Assembly: GCA_021324295.1 (NCBI GenBank)
Contig: JAJPJJ010000032.1
Coordinates: forward strand, 12,919 to 76,918
Reading direction: 5' to 3'
Source of the DNA: Bacillota bacterium
Lineage (GTDB): Bacteria; Sysuimicrobiota; Sysuimicrobiia; Sysuimicrobiales; Segetimicrobiaceae
Length of the DNA stretch: 64,000 nt
Each line of letters opens with the position of its first letter. Position 1 is the first letter of the stretch. The position numbers were made by a program, and so were the translations under genes. The notes under the pieces were generated by a model. That model worked only from the letters and a program-made list of their open reading frames with translations, was not told where the DNA came from and did not search any database. Of the stretch, positions 1 through 9,543 are shown piece by piece.

Positions 1-272
1 CCTATCGGTGGGCGCTGCTCACCCCGCTGCGGAAGGTCTACTACAACCTCACGGTCACGGGGCTGTCGGTCGCATCCGCGCTGCTCATCGGCGCCATCGA
101 GCTGACCCAGGTGCTCGCCCGCGCGTTCGGGCTCACGGCGGGGCTCTGGGGCCGCTTGGAGGATCTGGACCTCGGGCGGCTCGGCTACCTGATCGTCGCG
201 CTGTTCGTGCTCGTGTGGTCCTGCTCGTACGGCGCCTGGAGGCTCCTGCGCCCGGAGGAAGGGCCGCGCTGA
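1..272 (+). CDS. 3' end of a membrane-protein gene running in from the left edge (partial). Tail reads ...LGYLIVALFVLVWSCSYGAWRLLRPEEGPR*; possibly a NiCoT/HoxN-like transporter C-terminus
   Basis: Frame starting at nt 3 is open and hydrophobic until TGA at 270-272, with no start codon in the window. The track ORF 8..505 is a different, Arg-rich frame. Confidence 0.3.
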   Translation, partial: YRWALLTPLRKVYYNLTVTGLSVASALLIGAIELTQVLARAFGLTAGLWGRLEDLDLGRLGYLIVALFVLVWSCSYGAWRLLRPEEGPR

Positions 273-356
273 CGCTTCTTGCGCCCCGGCTGCGGCTCTT
301 GCGCCTTTCTTGCGGCACCCCCCCCACGAGCACGCACCCCTCTGAGGCCAACATCT

Positions 357-1577
357 CTAGGCTGGCCCCTCGCGCACCAGCAGCACGGCGATGCTCGCGA
401 GCAGGTACGAGACCGCCATGGCCGCGAACGCCGCGGCGAAGTGCCAGCGCGCGATCACGAACCCGAGGACCGCGCTCCACACGGCCCCGCTCACGTTGTC
501 GTTGACGAAGAAGACGCTGAACGCGCCCTCCCGGCCTCGGTCCCCGGTCACCTCCGCGAGCAGCGCCTGCATCAGCGGGCTTTCATTGTAGACGGCCAGC
601 CCCAGGGCGACGAGCGACGCGAGGATGCCGGGCGTCCAGCGGCCGGCGTGGACGAGCCAGAGGGTCGCGAGGGCAGATGCCCACAGCGAAGCGGCGATCA
701 CGGGCCGCCGGCGGCCCAGCCGGTCGGCGAGCCGCCCCGCGAGCACGGGCGACAGCACGCTGCCCGCGGCCAGGATCGTGACGTACGCGCCCGCGGTGGC
801 TGTGCTCAGGTGGAGGCCGGAGATCAGGTAGAGCGGCACGTACGTCAGGACGACGCCGAGGCCGCGCCCGCCCGCGGACGCCGCCCGCCCGAGCAGGAGC
901 ATGCGCACGTTGTGGTCGCGCAGCGCGGCCAGGTACCCCGTCTCCTCCCCGCACCGCCGCGCCTCCTCTCCGCCGGGCCGCGGATCCTCGGCCAGGAGCC
1001 AGAGGAGGAGCCCGACCACGAGGCCGGGGATACCGAACAACATCATGGTGCCGCGCCAGCCCACCCCGGAGACGAGCGCACCGGCCAGCAGCGGCGTGAG
1101 GAGCGTCCCGACGTTCCCGCCGGAGAAGTGCACGGCGAACGCCGACCCCCGCGTGCCGCGGCGGTACCAGTCGGACATGAGCGATGCCCCCGCCGGGTGC
1201 TGCTGGCTCGCCGCGGCGCTGCCGAGCACGCGCCCCGCCGCGAACCCCGGGAAGGCGTGCGCCAGCGCGGCGAGCGCCAGCGAGAGGCCGACGAGCATGT
1301 TACCGCCTCCGCAGAGGCTCGTCCGCCGGACCCGCCGCGACAGCGCTCCGTAGGCGCCCTGGAGGAGGCCGCCGACCAGGTTGGCCGCCCCGATCAGCAC
1401 GCCGAGCTGAGCGTAGCCGACGCCGAACGCACGCATCACCTGGGGATAGACCATGGCGTAGAGGGCCTGCTGCGAGTGCGTGACGGCGTGGGCCGCGCTC
1501 AGCAACGCGAGGTTCCTCGCGCGGGTGTCGGCCGGCGCCGCGGGGAGGGCGGGGGCGGTTCTCACGCGCGAGCCCAC
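357..1577 (-). CDS. MFS transporter
   Basis: 406-aa ORF with about 12 hydrophobic spans, Gly-rich loops and an MFS-like ...GRLADRLGRRR... motif. Confidence 0.75.
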   Translation of the reverse strand: MGSRVRTAPALPAAPADTRARNLALLSAAHAVTHSQQALYAMVYPQVMRAFGVGYAQLGVLIGAANLVGGLLQGAYGALSRRVRRTSLCGGGNMLVGLSLALAALAHAFPGFAAGRVLGSAAASQQHPAGASLMSDWYRRGTRGSAFAVHFSGGNVGTLLTPLLAGALVSGVGWRGTMMLFGIPGLVVGLLLWLLAEDPRPGGEEARRCGEETGYLAALRDHNVRMLLLGRAASAGGRGLGVVLTYVPLYLISGLHLSTATAGAYVTILAAGSVLSPVLAGRLADRLGRRRPVIAASLWASALATLWLVHAGRWTPGILASLVALGLAVYNESPLMQALLAEVTGDRGREGAFSVFFVNDNVSGAVWSAVLGFVIARWHFAAAFAAMAVSYLLASIAVLLVREGPA

Positions 1578-1695
1578 CCCACGAAGTCGCTGAGGTAATG
1601 CGAATCCGTGGGGACCCCGGGCCTCCTCTGGAGGGCTTTCCAGGACATGCTCGTAGCTGCCTCGGCCCGCCGTTCCAAACGGGAGCGCCGGGGCG

Positions 1696-2766
1696 CTACT
1701 GCTTGCCGGGCGCGGCCATCACGGCCTTGATGAGCGCGACGACGTCGCCCGACGGGCGCGCCGCCTCGGCTACGAGCTGCGCGGTCGTGGCGCCGTCCAG
1801 CGGGTCGACCACGAGCCCGGCCCTGGCGGCGTCGGCCCGAAGCTCGGGGCCTCGCAGCGCGGCGGCGAACGCGTCGCGCAGCGCCTGCACGCGGTCGCCC
1901 GGTACCGCCGGGGGCGCCCCGAAGGGGTGGCCGAGGACGGCCTGCGAGAGCAGCAGCCCGGCCAGGGACTTCTTGTCGGGGGGCGCGACCTCGGACAAAA
2001 GAGGTACGTCCGGGTACCGGGAGAGGCGCGCCTTCCCGATCGCGAGGATGATCCGCGCGCCTTCGTTCTGCACGAGCGGCTCGAGCGAGCTGAGCGTGCC
2101 GATCTGGCCGTCCACCTCCCCGCGCAGCATCGCGAGGTCCGCGTCGCTACCCTGGTAGCCCGTGACGATCTTGAGGGCCTTCAGGCCGAAGATGTTCTTC
2201 AGCACCATCGCGTCGATGTAGTCCTCGGATCCGACGCCGTTCGAGGCCTCGGTAAACGTCCGCGTCCCCTCCAGCACGTCCTTGAGCGTCCGGAAGGGCG
2301 ATTGCTTGGACACGATCCAGACCCGCGCCTCGGAGTCGGGGACCCCGATCCACGTGAACTTCGTCATGTCGAACCTGATCCCGCTTGTGCCGGCGATCTG
2401 CGCGACGATCAGGCCCTTGTTGAACGTGCCGATCGTCAAGCCGTCCGGCCTCGCGTTGTAGACCTCGTTGGCCCCGATGATGTGGCCGGCCCCCGGCACG
2501 TTGCGGACGACGACCGTGCTGCCCGCGAGGTACCTCGGCAGGTACTTGGCGAGCAGGCGCGCGTAGGCGTCGTAGCCGCCCCCGGGCTTGGTCGCAACGA
2601 TGATCGTCAGCGTTTTGCCCCGGTAGAAGGCGGCCCCGGAGGTCTCCTGCGACTGGCCGGGCGCGGCCAGCGGCGCGAGCAGGAGCGCGGCGGCGGCCGC
2701 GCACCCAATCGTCCGGCGCGCCAGATCACCCCGCGCCCGCGCGACGGCGCTCTTTGGTCCCTGCAT
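1696..2766 (-). CDS. tctC: Tripartite tricarboxylate transporter substrate-binding protein (TctC/Bug family)
   Basis: Bug-family periplasmic-binding-protein pattern (...ARPDGLTIGT..., ...IVTGYQGSDADLAML...). Start placed at ATG 2766..2764 behind a GGAG RBS. Signal peptide RRTIGCAAAAALLLAPLAAPG. The ORF could instead extend to 2868. Confidence 0.75.
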   Translation of the reverse strand: MQGPKSAVARARGDLARRTIGCAAAAALLLAPLAAPGQSQETSGAAFYRGKTLTIIVATKPGGGYDAYARLLAKYLPRYLAGSTVVVRNVPGAGHIIGANEVYNARPDGLTIGTFNKGLIVAQIAGTSGIRFDMTKFTWIGVPDSEARVWIVSKQSPFRTLKDVLEGTRTFTEASNGVGSEDYIDAMVLKNIFGLKALKIVTGYQGSDADLAMLRGEVDGQIGTLSSLEPLVQNEGARIILAIGKARLSRYPDVPLLSEVAPPDKKSLAGLLLSQAVLGHPFGAPPAVPGDRVQALRDAFAAALRGPELRADAARAGLVVDPLDGATTAQLVAEAARPSGDVVALIKAVMAAPGKQ

Positions 2767-2886
2767 CTCTCCTACCCCCCTCTGCGCGCCCGGGCCATTC
2801 CGGGCCGCCACGTCGAGTCGGCTACCGCGCTCCGCCCCAGTCTTGCGAGGGGCGGCCGGCGAGCTCATGGACAGACCGGCAGCGCA

Positions 2887-4926
2887 TTACGACAGGAGCT
2901 TCGGCACGAAGCCGCTGAACAGCGACAGTTTCATGCCGACGGCAAACACCAGGTAGACGAAGGCCCACGCCCCGGCCGCCGCCGCGACCGCGAACGGCCA
3001 CGCCTCCTTGCTCCGCAGCCTGAGGAAGAGAACGAGGAACGCCGGGATGCTGACCGTGAACCCAAAGAGGAGGGTCAGCACGACGAGCGCGGCGGCCCAT
3101 CCCAGGATGCCGAGGTCGCCCGGACGGTCGGGCGCGCCGGACACGAGGGGGCCGTCCCCGCCGGCCGGAACCGCAACGCCCTCCGCCGCCTGGATCGCGG
3201 CCGGCCAGCGGACCTCCTGTGGCCGGAGGTCGAAGGCGGCCTGGCCCAACGATAGGGCAAGGCCGGCCGCGCCGACCGCGACGGGCATCAGCCTCGCAGG
3301 GCCCGGATACCCGAGCGCCACGGCGAGGTACGCGCAGAACGCCGCGGCCAGGCCGCCGCTGAAGAGGAGCTGCGGGCGCGCCGCCCGAGGGCCGGGCTCC
3401 GCCGGCCGGGCCTGCCGCCCGCCGCGGTCGGGAGGCGCGGCCGGGGCCGAGGCGCGCCCGCGGCGGCGCGCCCACGCATGGACGCCGACCGAGCACAGCG
3501 TCAGGCCGAGGAGCAGCCCGGTGAGGGGGCGCAGGACGAACGCCCAGCCCCAGAGCTGGAGCGCCAGCGACAGGTTGACCTCCGCGAGCCTGCCGAGCAC
3601 CAGACCGATGATGAGCGGCGCGCGGGGGTAGTCGAGCCTCTTCATCGCGTACCCGAGCGCGCCGGCGCCGAGGGAGACCAGCATGTTCTGCCAGGCGCTC
3701 TGCGAGAGGAAGCTTCCGAGGCCGATGAAGACGAGGACGAACGGGACGATAAGCCCCACGCGGACGAACGAGAGCCTGGCCACGAAGCCGCTGGCCGCGA
3801 GAAAGACGATCACGGCCACCACGTTGGCGAGGCCGAGCACCCATACCATCGACCAGACGACGTCCAAGTGCTTCACCAGCATCATCGGGCCCGGCGTCAA
3901 GCCGAGGATGACGAAGGCACCCAGGAGGATCGCCATGCCCGAGCTTCCGGGGACCCCGAAGGCGACCGTCGGGATGAGGGAGCCGCCTTCCTTCGCGTGG
4001 TTCGCGCTCTCGGGCGCGATCACGCCGTCGACGTTGCCGCGCCCGAAGGTGTCGGGGTGCTTCGAGGTCTGGACGGCGTGGCCGTAGCAAATCCATGACG
4101 CCGCGTCCCCGCCGAGCCCCGGGATCAACCCGACGAACGCGCCGATCAGACCGCACCGGACGCACAGCCAGGCCCGGCGCCGGACGTCGGCGACGCCCTG
4201 CAGCACGCCCCGCACGGTGTAGGCCGCGCGCTCGCCGGCCTGGGCGATCGCGCCCTGGTGGCGGCCGAGCTCGATCACCTCCGCGAGCCCGAACAGGCCG
4301 ACCACCACCGCGACCAGGTCCACGCCGTTCCAGAGCCACAGCTGGCCCCACCCGAACCGGTTGATCCCGGTCTGCGGATCCAGGCCGACCGTGGACAGGG
4401 CAAGCCCCAGCGCGCCCGCGGCGAGCCCTCGGAGGAGCGCCCCCCGGCTGACCGCCGCGATCAGCGTGATGCCGAAGACCGCCACCGCGAACACCTCGGC
4501 GGGGCCGAAGGCGAGGACGACCGGGCGCACGATCGGGATGAGGCCGGCCATGAAGAGGTCGCCGACGATGCCGCCCAGCAGGGAGGCGCCGAGGGCCGCG
4601 CCCATCGCGCGGGCGGCCTGCCCCTGGCGCGTCAGCGCGTAGCCATCGGGAACCGCGGCGGCGCTCGGTCCGGTGCCGGGTGTCCCGAACAGGATGCCGG
4701 GGAGCGCCCCGCCCGTGTGCACCACCGAATGCATCCCGAGCAGGAAGGCAAACCCCGCGGCGGGCTGCATCCCGAACACGAAGGGGATGGCCAGCGCCAG
4801 GCCGAGGTTGCCTCCCAGCCCCGGGACCGCGCCGAAGAGCATCCCGATCGGCACGGCCAGAAAGACGAGACCGATGGCGGGCCACGAGAGGGCCAGGACC
4901 AGCCCGTGCCAAACCGCGTCCAGCAT
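2887..4926 (-). CDS. tctA: TctA large permease fused in-frame to a C-terminal TctB-like small permease
   Basis: A 679-aa single ORF. The N-terminal ~500 aa is TctA-like (start MLDAVWHGLVLALSWPAIG..). A Pro/Arg-rich linker and ~150 aa with four hydrophobic helices follow (LLFSGGLAAAFCAYLAVALGYP...), TctB-like. No stop codon separates the two parts. Confidence 0.75.
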   Translation of the reverse strand: MLDAVWHGLVLALSWPAIGLVFLAVPIGMLFGAVPGLGGNLGLALAIPFVFGMQPAAGFAFLLGMHSVVHTGGALPGILFGTPGTGPSAAAVPDGYALTRQGQAARAMGAALGASLLGGIVGDLFMAGLIPIVRPVVLAFGPAEVFAVAVFGITLIAAVSRGALLRGLAAGALGLALSTVGLDPQTGINRFGWGQLWLWNGVDLVAVVVGLFGLAEVIELGRHQGAIAQAGERAAYTVRGVLQGVADVRRRAWLCVRCGLIGAFVGLIPGLGGDAASWICYGHAVQTSKHPDTFGRGNVDGVIAPESANHAKEGGSLIPTVAFGVPGSSGMAILLGAFVILGLTPGPMMLVKHLDVVWSMVWVLGLANVVAVIVFLAASGFVARLSFVRVGLIVPFVLVFIGLGSFLSQSAWQNMLVSLGAGALGYAMKRLDYPRAPLIIGLVLGRLAEVNLSLALQLWGWAFVLRPLTGLLLGLTLCSVGVHAWARRRGRASAPAAPPDRGGRQARPAEPGPRAARPQLLFSGGLAAAFCAYLAVALGYPGPARLMPVAVGAAGLALSLGQAAFDLRPQEVRWPAAIQAAEGVAVPAGGDGPLVSGAPDRPGDLGILGWAAALVVLTLLFGFTVSIPAFLVLFLRLRSKEAWPFAVAAAAGAWAFVYLVFAVGMKLSLFSGFVPKLLS

Positions 4927-5094
4927 GGGCGCCCTCGAGCGGATCTCCTCACCCGCTACTTCGTTCCCGGGCCGTCGTCCCCTCTGTGCGGGCCGCGGGG
5001 AGGGGCGCTGCGCCTGGCCGGGCGCCTCGCGCGGGGCCGGCTACGAGGTGACGCCCGGCCGCGGCACGAATACAGCCCGCGCCGGAGGTGGCCC

Positions 5095-6063
5095 GTGATC
5101 GTCGACGTCCAACACCACTGCGTCCCCCCGGAGCTCGCCCTGCGCCGGGGGTTTGCGCTCGGCGAGCAGCAGATCCTCGTGGAGGGCGGAGCGCCTAAGT
5201 TCACGCTCCACCCCAAGCTCTACGATATCGACGGTCAGCTCCGGGACATGGACACCGCCGGCATCGACGCGGCGGCCCTCTCGTGCAACCTGGGGTGGGA
5301 CGCGCCGCTCGCGGACTGCATCCTCATCAACAACTGGCTGGCCGAGGTCCAGCAGGCGCACCCGGGGCGGCTTGTCGGCCTCGCGCACGCGCCCGTGCTA
5401 GAGGATGGCGGTCTCGCGGAAGTGGAGCGGGCGGTCAAGGACCTGGGCCTGCGGGGGATCACGATCGCCTCGCAGGTGGATGGCCTTCCCCTCGACTCGC
5501 CGCGCCTTGCGCCTCTGTACCGCAAGGCGTGCGAGCTCGACGTCGCCGTCTTCGTGCACCCGGCGATGGCGCCCCGCGGTTACGCCTTCCTCCGGGAGTA
5601 CGATCTCGCGCGCATCCTCGGCCGCGAGCTCGATTTGCAGGTCGCGGTGACGCGCCTCATCGCCGGGGGCGTGCTCGAGGAGTTCAACGCGCTCACGATC
5701 GTCGTCGCCCACCTCGGCGGCGGCATCGCCGCGGTCAAGGAGCGGCTCGCGGCCAAAGCCGGGCGGTTCGGGACCCTCCGGCGCGCGTTCGGCGAGAGCT
5801 TCGATCGCCTGTACTTCGACATGGCCGGGTTCGAGGGCGGCGAGGGCGCCGTGCGGTGCGCGCTGACCGGCATCCGGCCGGAGCGGCTGCTGTTCGCCAC
5901 CGACTACCCGCAGGACTTCACCGGGGCGACGACCCAGACGGGCGCGGGGGTCCCGGGCATCGCCGAGTACGTCCGGTTCGTGAAGAGCCTTCCGCTGCCC
6001 GACGGCGCGGGAGAGGCCATCCTGGGGGCCACGGCGGCCGGCCTGCTCGACCTCGCAGCGTAG
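5095..6063 (+). CDS. Amidohydrolase-2 family (ACMSD/LigW/LigJ-like) metal-dependent decarboxylase or hydratase
   Basis: GTG start at 5095 after a GGAGGTG RBS. N-terminal VIVDVQHHCVP metal motif, TIM-barrel amidohydrolase-2 pattern, ends ...LFATDYPQD.. The upstream part of track ORF 4258..6063 overlaps tctA and is not coding. Confidence 0.7.
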   Translation: MIVDVQHHCVPPELALRRGFALGEQQILVEGGAPKFTLHPKLYDIDGQLRDMDTAGIDAAALSCNLGWDAPLADCILINNWLAEVQQAHPGRLVGLAHAPVLEDGGLAEVERAVKDLGLRGITIASQVDGLPLDSPRLAPLYRKACELDVAVFVHPAMAPRGYAFLREYDLARILGRELDLQVAVTRLIAGGVLEEFNALTIVVAHLGGGIAAVKERLAAKAGRFGTLRRAFGESFDRLYFDMAGFEGGEGAVRCALTGIRPERLLFATDYPQDFTGATTQTGAGVPGIAEYVRFVKSLPLPDGAGEAILGATAAGLLDLAA

Positions 6064-6103
6064 GACCGGCGGCGGTGCACGGACCGTCAAAGGAGGGGAC
6101 GCG

Positions 6104-7525
6104 GTGGGCCACACCGACCTGCGGGACTGGATCGCCCAGGTGGAAGAGCTGAGGGACCTCGCGGCCATCCACGGGGCTGACCGGGACCTGGAGATCGGGA
6201 TCATCACCGAGATCGTGATGCGCCGCCACGGCCCGGCGCTGCTGTTCGACCGCATCCCCGGCTATCCCGCCGGGTATCGCATCGTGGCCAACGCGCTCGG
6301 CGGGCCACGGCGCCTCGCGTTCACGCTGGGGCTGCCGGTCGGGAGCGACACCAGGGAGCTGCTCCGGCTCTGGCGGGAGAAGAAGCGCGCGCTCCGGCCG
6401 GTTCCGCCCAGGGTCGTCACCGACGGCCCTGTCCTGGAACACGTGTCCCGCGGCGACGAGGTGGACCTGCTGAAGTTCCCCGCGCCGCTCTGGCACGAGC
6501 ACGACGGCGGCCGCTATATCGGCACGGGCAGTGTCGATATCACGCGCGACCCGGACGAGGGCTGGGTCAACCTCGGATGCTACCGCGTGATGGTGCACGA
6601 CCGCGCCCACCTCGGCTTCTACATCTCGCCCGGCAAGCAGGGCCGCATCCACCGCGACAAATGGCTCGCCCGCGGTGGCGCGATGCCCGTGGCGATGTCG
6701 TTCGGGCACGATCCGCTGATCTTTCTGGCCGGCTCGCTGGAACTGCCCTGGGGGCTCTCGGAATACGACTGGGTCGGCGGGATCCGCGGCCGCCCGGTCG
6801 AGGTCATCGAAGGCCCGGTCACGGGGCTGCCCATCCCGGCCGACGCCGAGGTCGCGATCGAGGGGTTCGTGGAGCCCGCGCACACGCTACCGGAGGGGCC
6901 GTTCGGCGAATGGACGGGGTACTACGCCAGCGCGAGGCGCGAAGAGCCGGTGGTGACGGTCGCGGCGCTCTACCACCGCGACGATCCGATCCTCCTGGGC
7001 TCGCCGCCGACGAAGCCGCCGTCCGAGCTCGCGTACTACCGCGCGTTTCTGCGTGCGGCCGCGATCGAAGACGAGCTCGCCGCCTCCGGCGTGCCCGACG
7101 TCGCAGGCGTCTGGTGTCACGAGGTGGGGGGGTCCCGGCTGTTCTCGGTGGTCGCGATCCGGCAGCGGTACACCGGACACGCCAAGCAGGCCGCGGTCGT
7201 CGCCTCGCAGTGCCACGCCGGCGCGTACCTCGGCCGCTTCGTGGTCGTCGTCGACGACGACATCGATGTGATGGACCTGGAGGACGTGATGTGGGCGATC
7301 TGCACCCGCTGCGATCCGGAGAGGGATATCGACATCCTGCGGCGCTGCTGGAGCGGGCCGCTCGATCCGATCATCCCCCCCGGGCAGCGGGGCTTCAACT
7401 CGCGCGCGATCATCGACGCCACCCGACCCTGGGAGTGGCGGGACGAGTTCCCCCGCGTCGCCGAGTCGAGCCCGGAGCGCCGCCGCGAGGTGCTGCAGAA
7501 GTGGGGGCACCTCCTCCCCCTCTGA
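6104..7525 (+). CDS. UbiD-family (prFMN-dependent) reversible aromatic decarboxylase
   Basis: 473 aa with UbiD-family blocks (…RIHRDKWLARGGAMPVAMSFGHDPLIFLAGS…, …VVVVDDDIDVMDLEDVMWAICTRCDPERD…). GTG start. Confidence 0.85.
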   Translation: MGHTDLRDWIAQVEELRDLAAIHGADRDLEIGIITEIVMRRHGPALLFDRIPGYPAGYRIVANALGGPRRLAFTLGLPVGSDTRELLRLWREKKRALRPVPPRVVTDGPVLEHVSRGDEVDLLKFPAPLWHEHDGGRYIGTGSVDITRDPDEGWVNLGCYRVMVHDRAHLGFYISPGKQGRIHRDKWLARGGAMPVAMSFGHDPLIFLAGSLELPWGLSEYDWVGGIRGRPVEVIEGPVTGLPIPADAEVAIEGFVEPAHTLPEGPFGEWTGYYASARREEPVVTVAALYHRDDPILLGSPPTKPPSELAYYRAFLRAAAIEDELAASGVPDVAGVWCHEVGGSRLFSVVAIRQRYTGHAKQAAVVASQCHAGAYLGRFVVVVDDDIDVMDLEDVMWAICTRCDPERDIDILRRCWSGPLDPIIPPGQRGFNSRAIIDATRPWEWRDEFPRVAESSPERRREVLQKWGHLLPL

Positions 7526-7538
7526 GGGCGGGGCGGTC

Positions 7539-7988
7539 GTGACCGTCGCGGGCCTGCCGGACCGGCTGTTTCGCATCATGCAGCCGGGGATCCCCGTGGT
7601 GCTGATCACCGTGGGGGCGGACGGCTGGGGCCACGCGGCGCTGACGTGGGCGGCCGCGGCGGCCGCGGACCGCGTCCGCTTCGCGGTCGACCACGGGAGC
7701 ACGACGCTGGCCAACCTGGAGCGCGCCGGGAAGGCCACGCTCCAGGTCATCGGCGCGGAGAACACGCTCGCGCTGATCAAGGGACCGGCGCGCGCGCTGC
7801 GGCCGCGCATCGCCGCCGCCCCGTTCGGCATGGCGATGTGGGAGCTGCAGCCGGCGGAGGTCAGGGATCAGACGTGGGGGCCGGTCGCGGTGGCCCCGCT
7901 CGCGTTTCGCTGGACCGGACCGGAGGCGGACGCGATGCAGGGGATCGAGCGGGCGGTGGTCGCCGAGCTGCGGGACTGGCATCCGTAG
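7539..7988 (+). CDS. PNPOx-like split-barrel FMN- (or F420-) binding protein
   Basis: 149 aa. The pattern ...IPVVLITVGADGWGHAALTWAA...DRVRFAVDHGSTTLANLERAGKATLQV... is typical of pyridoxamine-5'-phosphate-oxidase-like / FDOR split barrels. Starts 13 nt after the UbiD stop. Confidence 0.55.
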   Translation: MTVAGLPDRLFRIMQPGIPVVLITVGADGWGHAALTWAAAAAADRVRFAVDHGSTTLANLERAGKATLQVIGAENTLALIKGPARALRPRIAAAPFGMAMWELQPAEVRDQTWGPVAVAPLAFRWTGPEADAMQGIERAVVAELRDWHP

Positions 7989-8075
7989 CCCGCCGGATCC
8001 GCCGGCCGGGGCGGCAGGACCCGGCCGGGTCAAGGCGAAGGCGAGACCCAGATCAGCACCGAAGGGGGGTGCAGC

Positions 8076-9071
8076 GTGCGGGCGACGCTGAGCAGACGGC
8101 AGTTCCTCCGGGCGTCGGCGACCGCGCTGGCCCTCGGGCCGGCACCGCGCGCCGCGGCGCAGGGCCCGACGAGCCTGACGGTCGGCATGTCCTTCCGCAA
8201 CCTGGACGCGGTGGCGGCGTGGGTGGCCCAGGACAGGCACCTCTTCGAGAAGTACGGGCTGCGGGTCACGATCACGAGCATCCAGGGCGGGGCGCGGACG
8301 GTGGCGGCGATGGCGGCCGGCGAGGTGCCGCTCGCGTTCATCGCGGCGGCCGACGTCATCAACGCCCGGGCGAGGGGATTCCCGCTCGAGATGATCGGCG
8401 GGTTGATCCACAAGTTCCCCTACGACTTCGTCGTGGCGAAGGACATCACCAACGCGGCGCAGCTCCGGGGCACCAAGGGCGCGATCAGCGGCTTCGGCTC
8501 GTCCTCCGAGTTCGCGGTCCGCTACGCCCTCAGCAAGCTGGGGATCGGCCCGCAGGACGTCACGCTCCTGCAGGTGGGCGACGAGACGTCCCGGCTCGCC
8601 GCGCTGAGCTCCGGCCAGATCCAGTTCACCGTGCTGACCGCCGGGCTGGACCTGGCCGCGTTCGAGTACGGCTTCAAGCCGTTCGTGAAGTTGTACACGA
8701 TGGGCCAGCCCTACCAGCACACGGGCATCGGCGCCAACATCGCGTGGGCCAAGGCGCACGCCCCGCTCGTCGACGCGTTCCTCAAGGCGATCATCGCCGC
8801 CGACGTCTACATGAAGAACCCGGCCAACGAGTCCGCGATCGTGCCGATGCTGCTGAAGCAGCTCCCGCTCAAGGAGGACCAGCTCCGCCAGGGGTTCAAG
8901 CTGTACCGCGAGCAGTTCTACACGATCTACCCGCTCGTGAGCCAGGAGGGCATCGAGTTCATCCTCCGCGAGCGGAAGATCGCGCAGCCCGCCTCCGACT
9001 TCTTCGACAACAGCTACGTGCGGGCGCTGCAGGACGCCGGGTTCGCGGCGAAGGTCGCCGGCGGACAGTGA
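8076..9071 (+). CDS. ABC transporter substrate-binding protein, NMT1/THI5-SsuA/TauA-like, with a TAT signal
   Basis: GTG start. Twin-arginine motif SRRQFLRASATALALGPAPRAAAQG, then a periplasmic-binding type-2 fold pattern. Confidence 0.7.
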   Translation: MRATLSRRQFLRASATALALGPAPRAAAQGPTSLTVGMSFRNLDAVAAWVAQDRHLFEKYGLRVTITSIQGGARTVAAMAAGEVPLAFIAAADVINARARGFPLEMIGGLIHKFPYDFVVAKDITNAAQLRGTKGAISGFGSSSEFAVRYALSKLGIGPQDVTLLQVGDETSRLAALSSGQIQFTVLTAGLDLAAFEYGFKPFVKLYTMGQPYQHTGIGANIAWAKAHAPLVDAFLKAIIAADVYMKNPANESAIVPMLLKQLPLKEDQLRQGFKLYREQFYTIYPLVSQEGIEFILRERKIAQPASDFFDNSYVRALQDAGFAAKVAGGQ

Positions 9072-9072
9072 T

Positions 9073-9104
9073 GCCGTTGCGGGGCCCGAGGACCCTGCAA
9101 CGGC
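9073..9104 (+). terminator. GC-rich hairpin directly after the SBP stop codon; putative intrinsic terminator without a U-tract
   Basis: Arm gccgttgcgggg at 9073-9084 pairs with ccctgcaacggc at 9093-9104: 11 of 12 positions Watson-Crick and one G-U. The 8-nt loop begins 2 nt after TGA 9069-9071. Confidence 0.3.
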
Positions 9105-9137
9105 CGCCCGGCGGCCCCACGCGCCGGGCTGAGCGCG

Positions 9138-9458
9138 GTGTCCCGGGTCGACGCGGCCGGTACGATCGGCGGCAGCACGGTCTACGTCGCCGACCTGGTG
9201 CTGCCCGGGGGCGGTGTGACGGCCTCGGACACGCCCGATCGGCGGTCGCGTCTCGTCGAAGAGCACGGGATGTGGACCCGCCCGGCGGCGAGCGCGGCGG
9301 TCGTCGACCGCGCCTTCGAGACGCCGGCCGTGCACCAGGGGCACCTCGAGCCCGAGGCGTGCGCCGCGCGCGTGACCGGAGACGGCCGCGCGGAGGTGTG
9401 GGCCGCACGCAAGTCCCCGTGCCGCTGCCCCGCGCCCAGATCGAGGGCGGGCGCGTGA
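9138..9458 (+). pseudogene. Degraded remnant of a xanthine-dehydrogenase/CoxL-family molybdopterin-subunit gene, with an internal deletion and frameshifted tail
   Basis: Translation MSRVDAAGTIGGSTVYVADLVLPGGG…AVHQGHLEPEACAARVTGDGRAEVWAARKSP aligns to two N-terminal blocks of this window's own CoxL (ARVDGPGKTTGEARYADDLVLP and THLPMEQHSAVAQYDAAGRLTLWTSSQTP). About 190 aa are missing between the blocks and the remaining ~550 aa are absent. Confidence 0.4.
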
Positions 9459-9543
9459 CGGGGTGCGGCTTCGCCCCCTGGCGGACCCGGCCGTCGTGGA
9501 CGTGGCGGTCCGGTCCCGCTGAGTCTGTCCCCGGCGCGCCCGC

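Noticed and set aside
2822-4912. 696-aa alternative-frame ORF overlapping tctA
   Set aside because: The other frame (2887..4926) gives a clean polytopic TctA/TctB protein; this frame gives Arg/Pro/Gly low complexity.
4258-5094. N-terminal 279 codons of track ORF 4258..6063
   Set aside because: This part overlaps tctA on the opposite strand and is Arg/Glu/Asp low complexity. The amidohydrolase-2 domain begins at GTG 5095, directly behind a GGAGGTG RBS.
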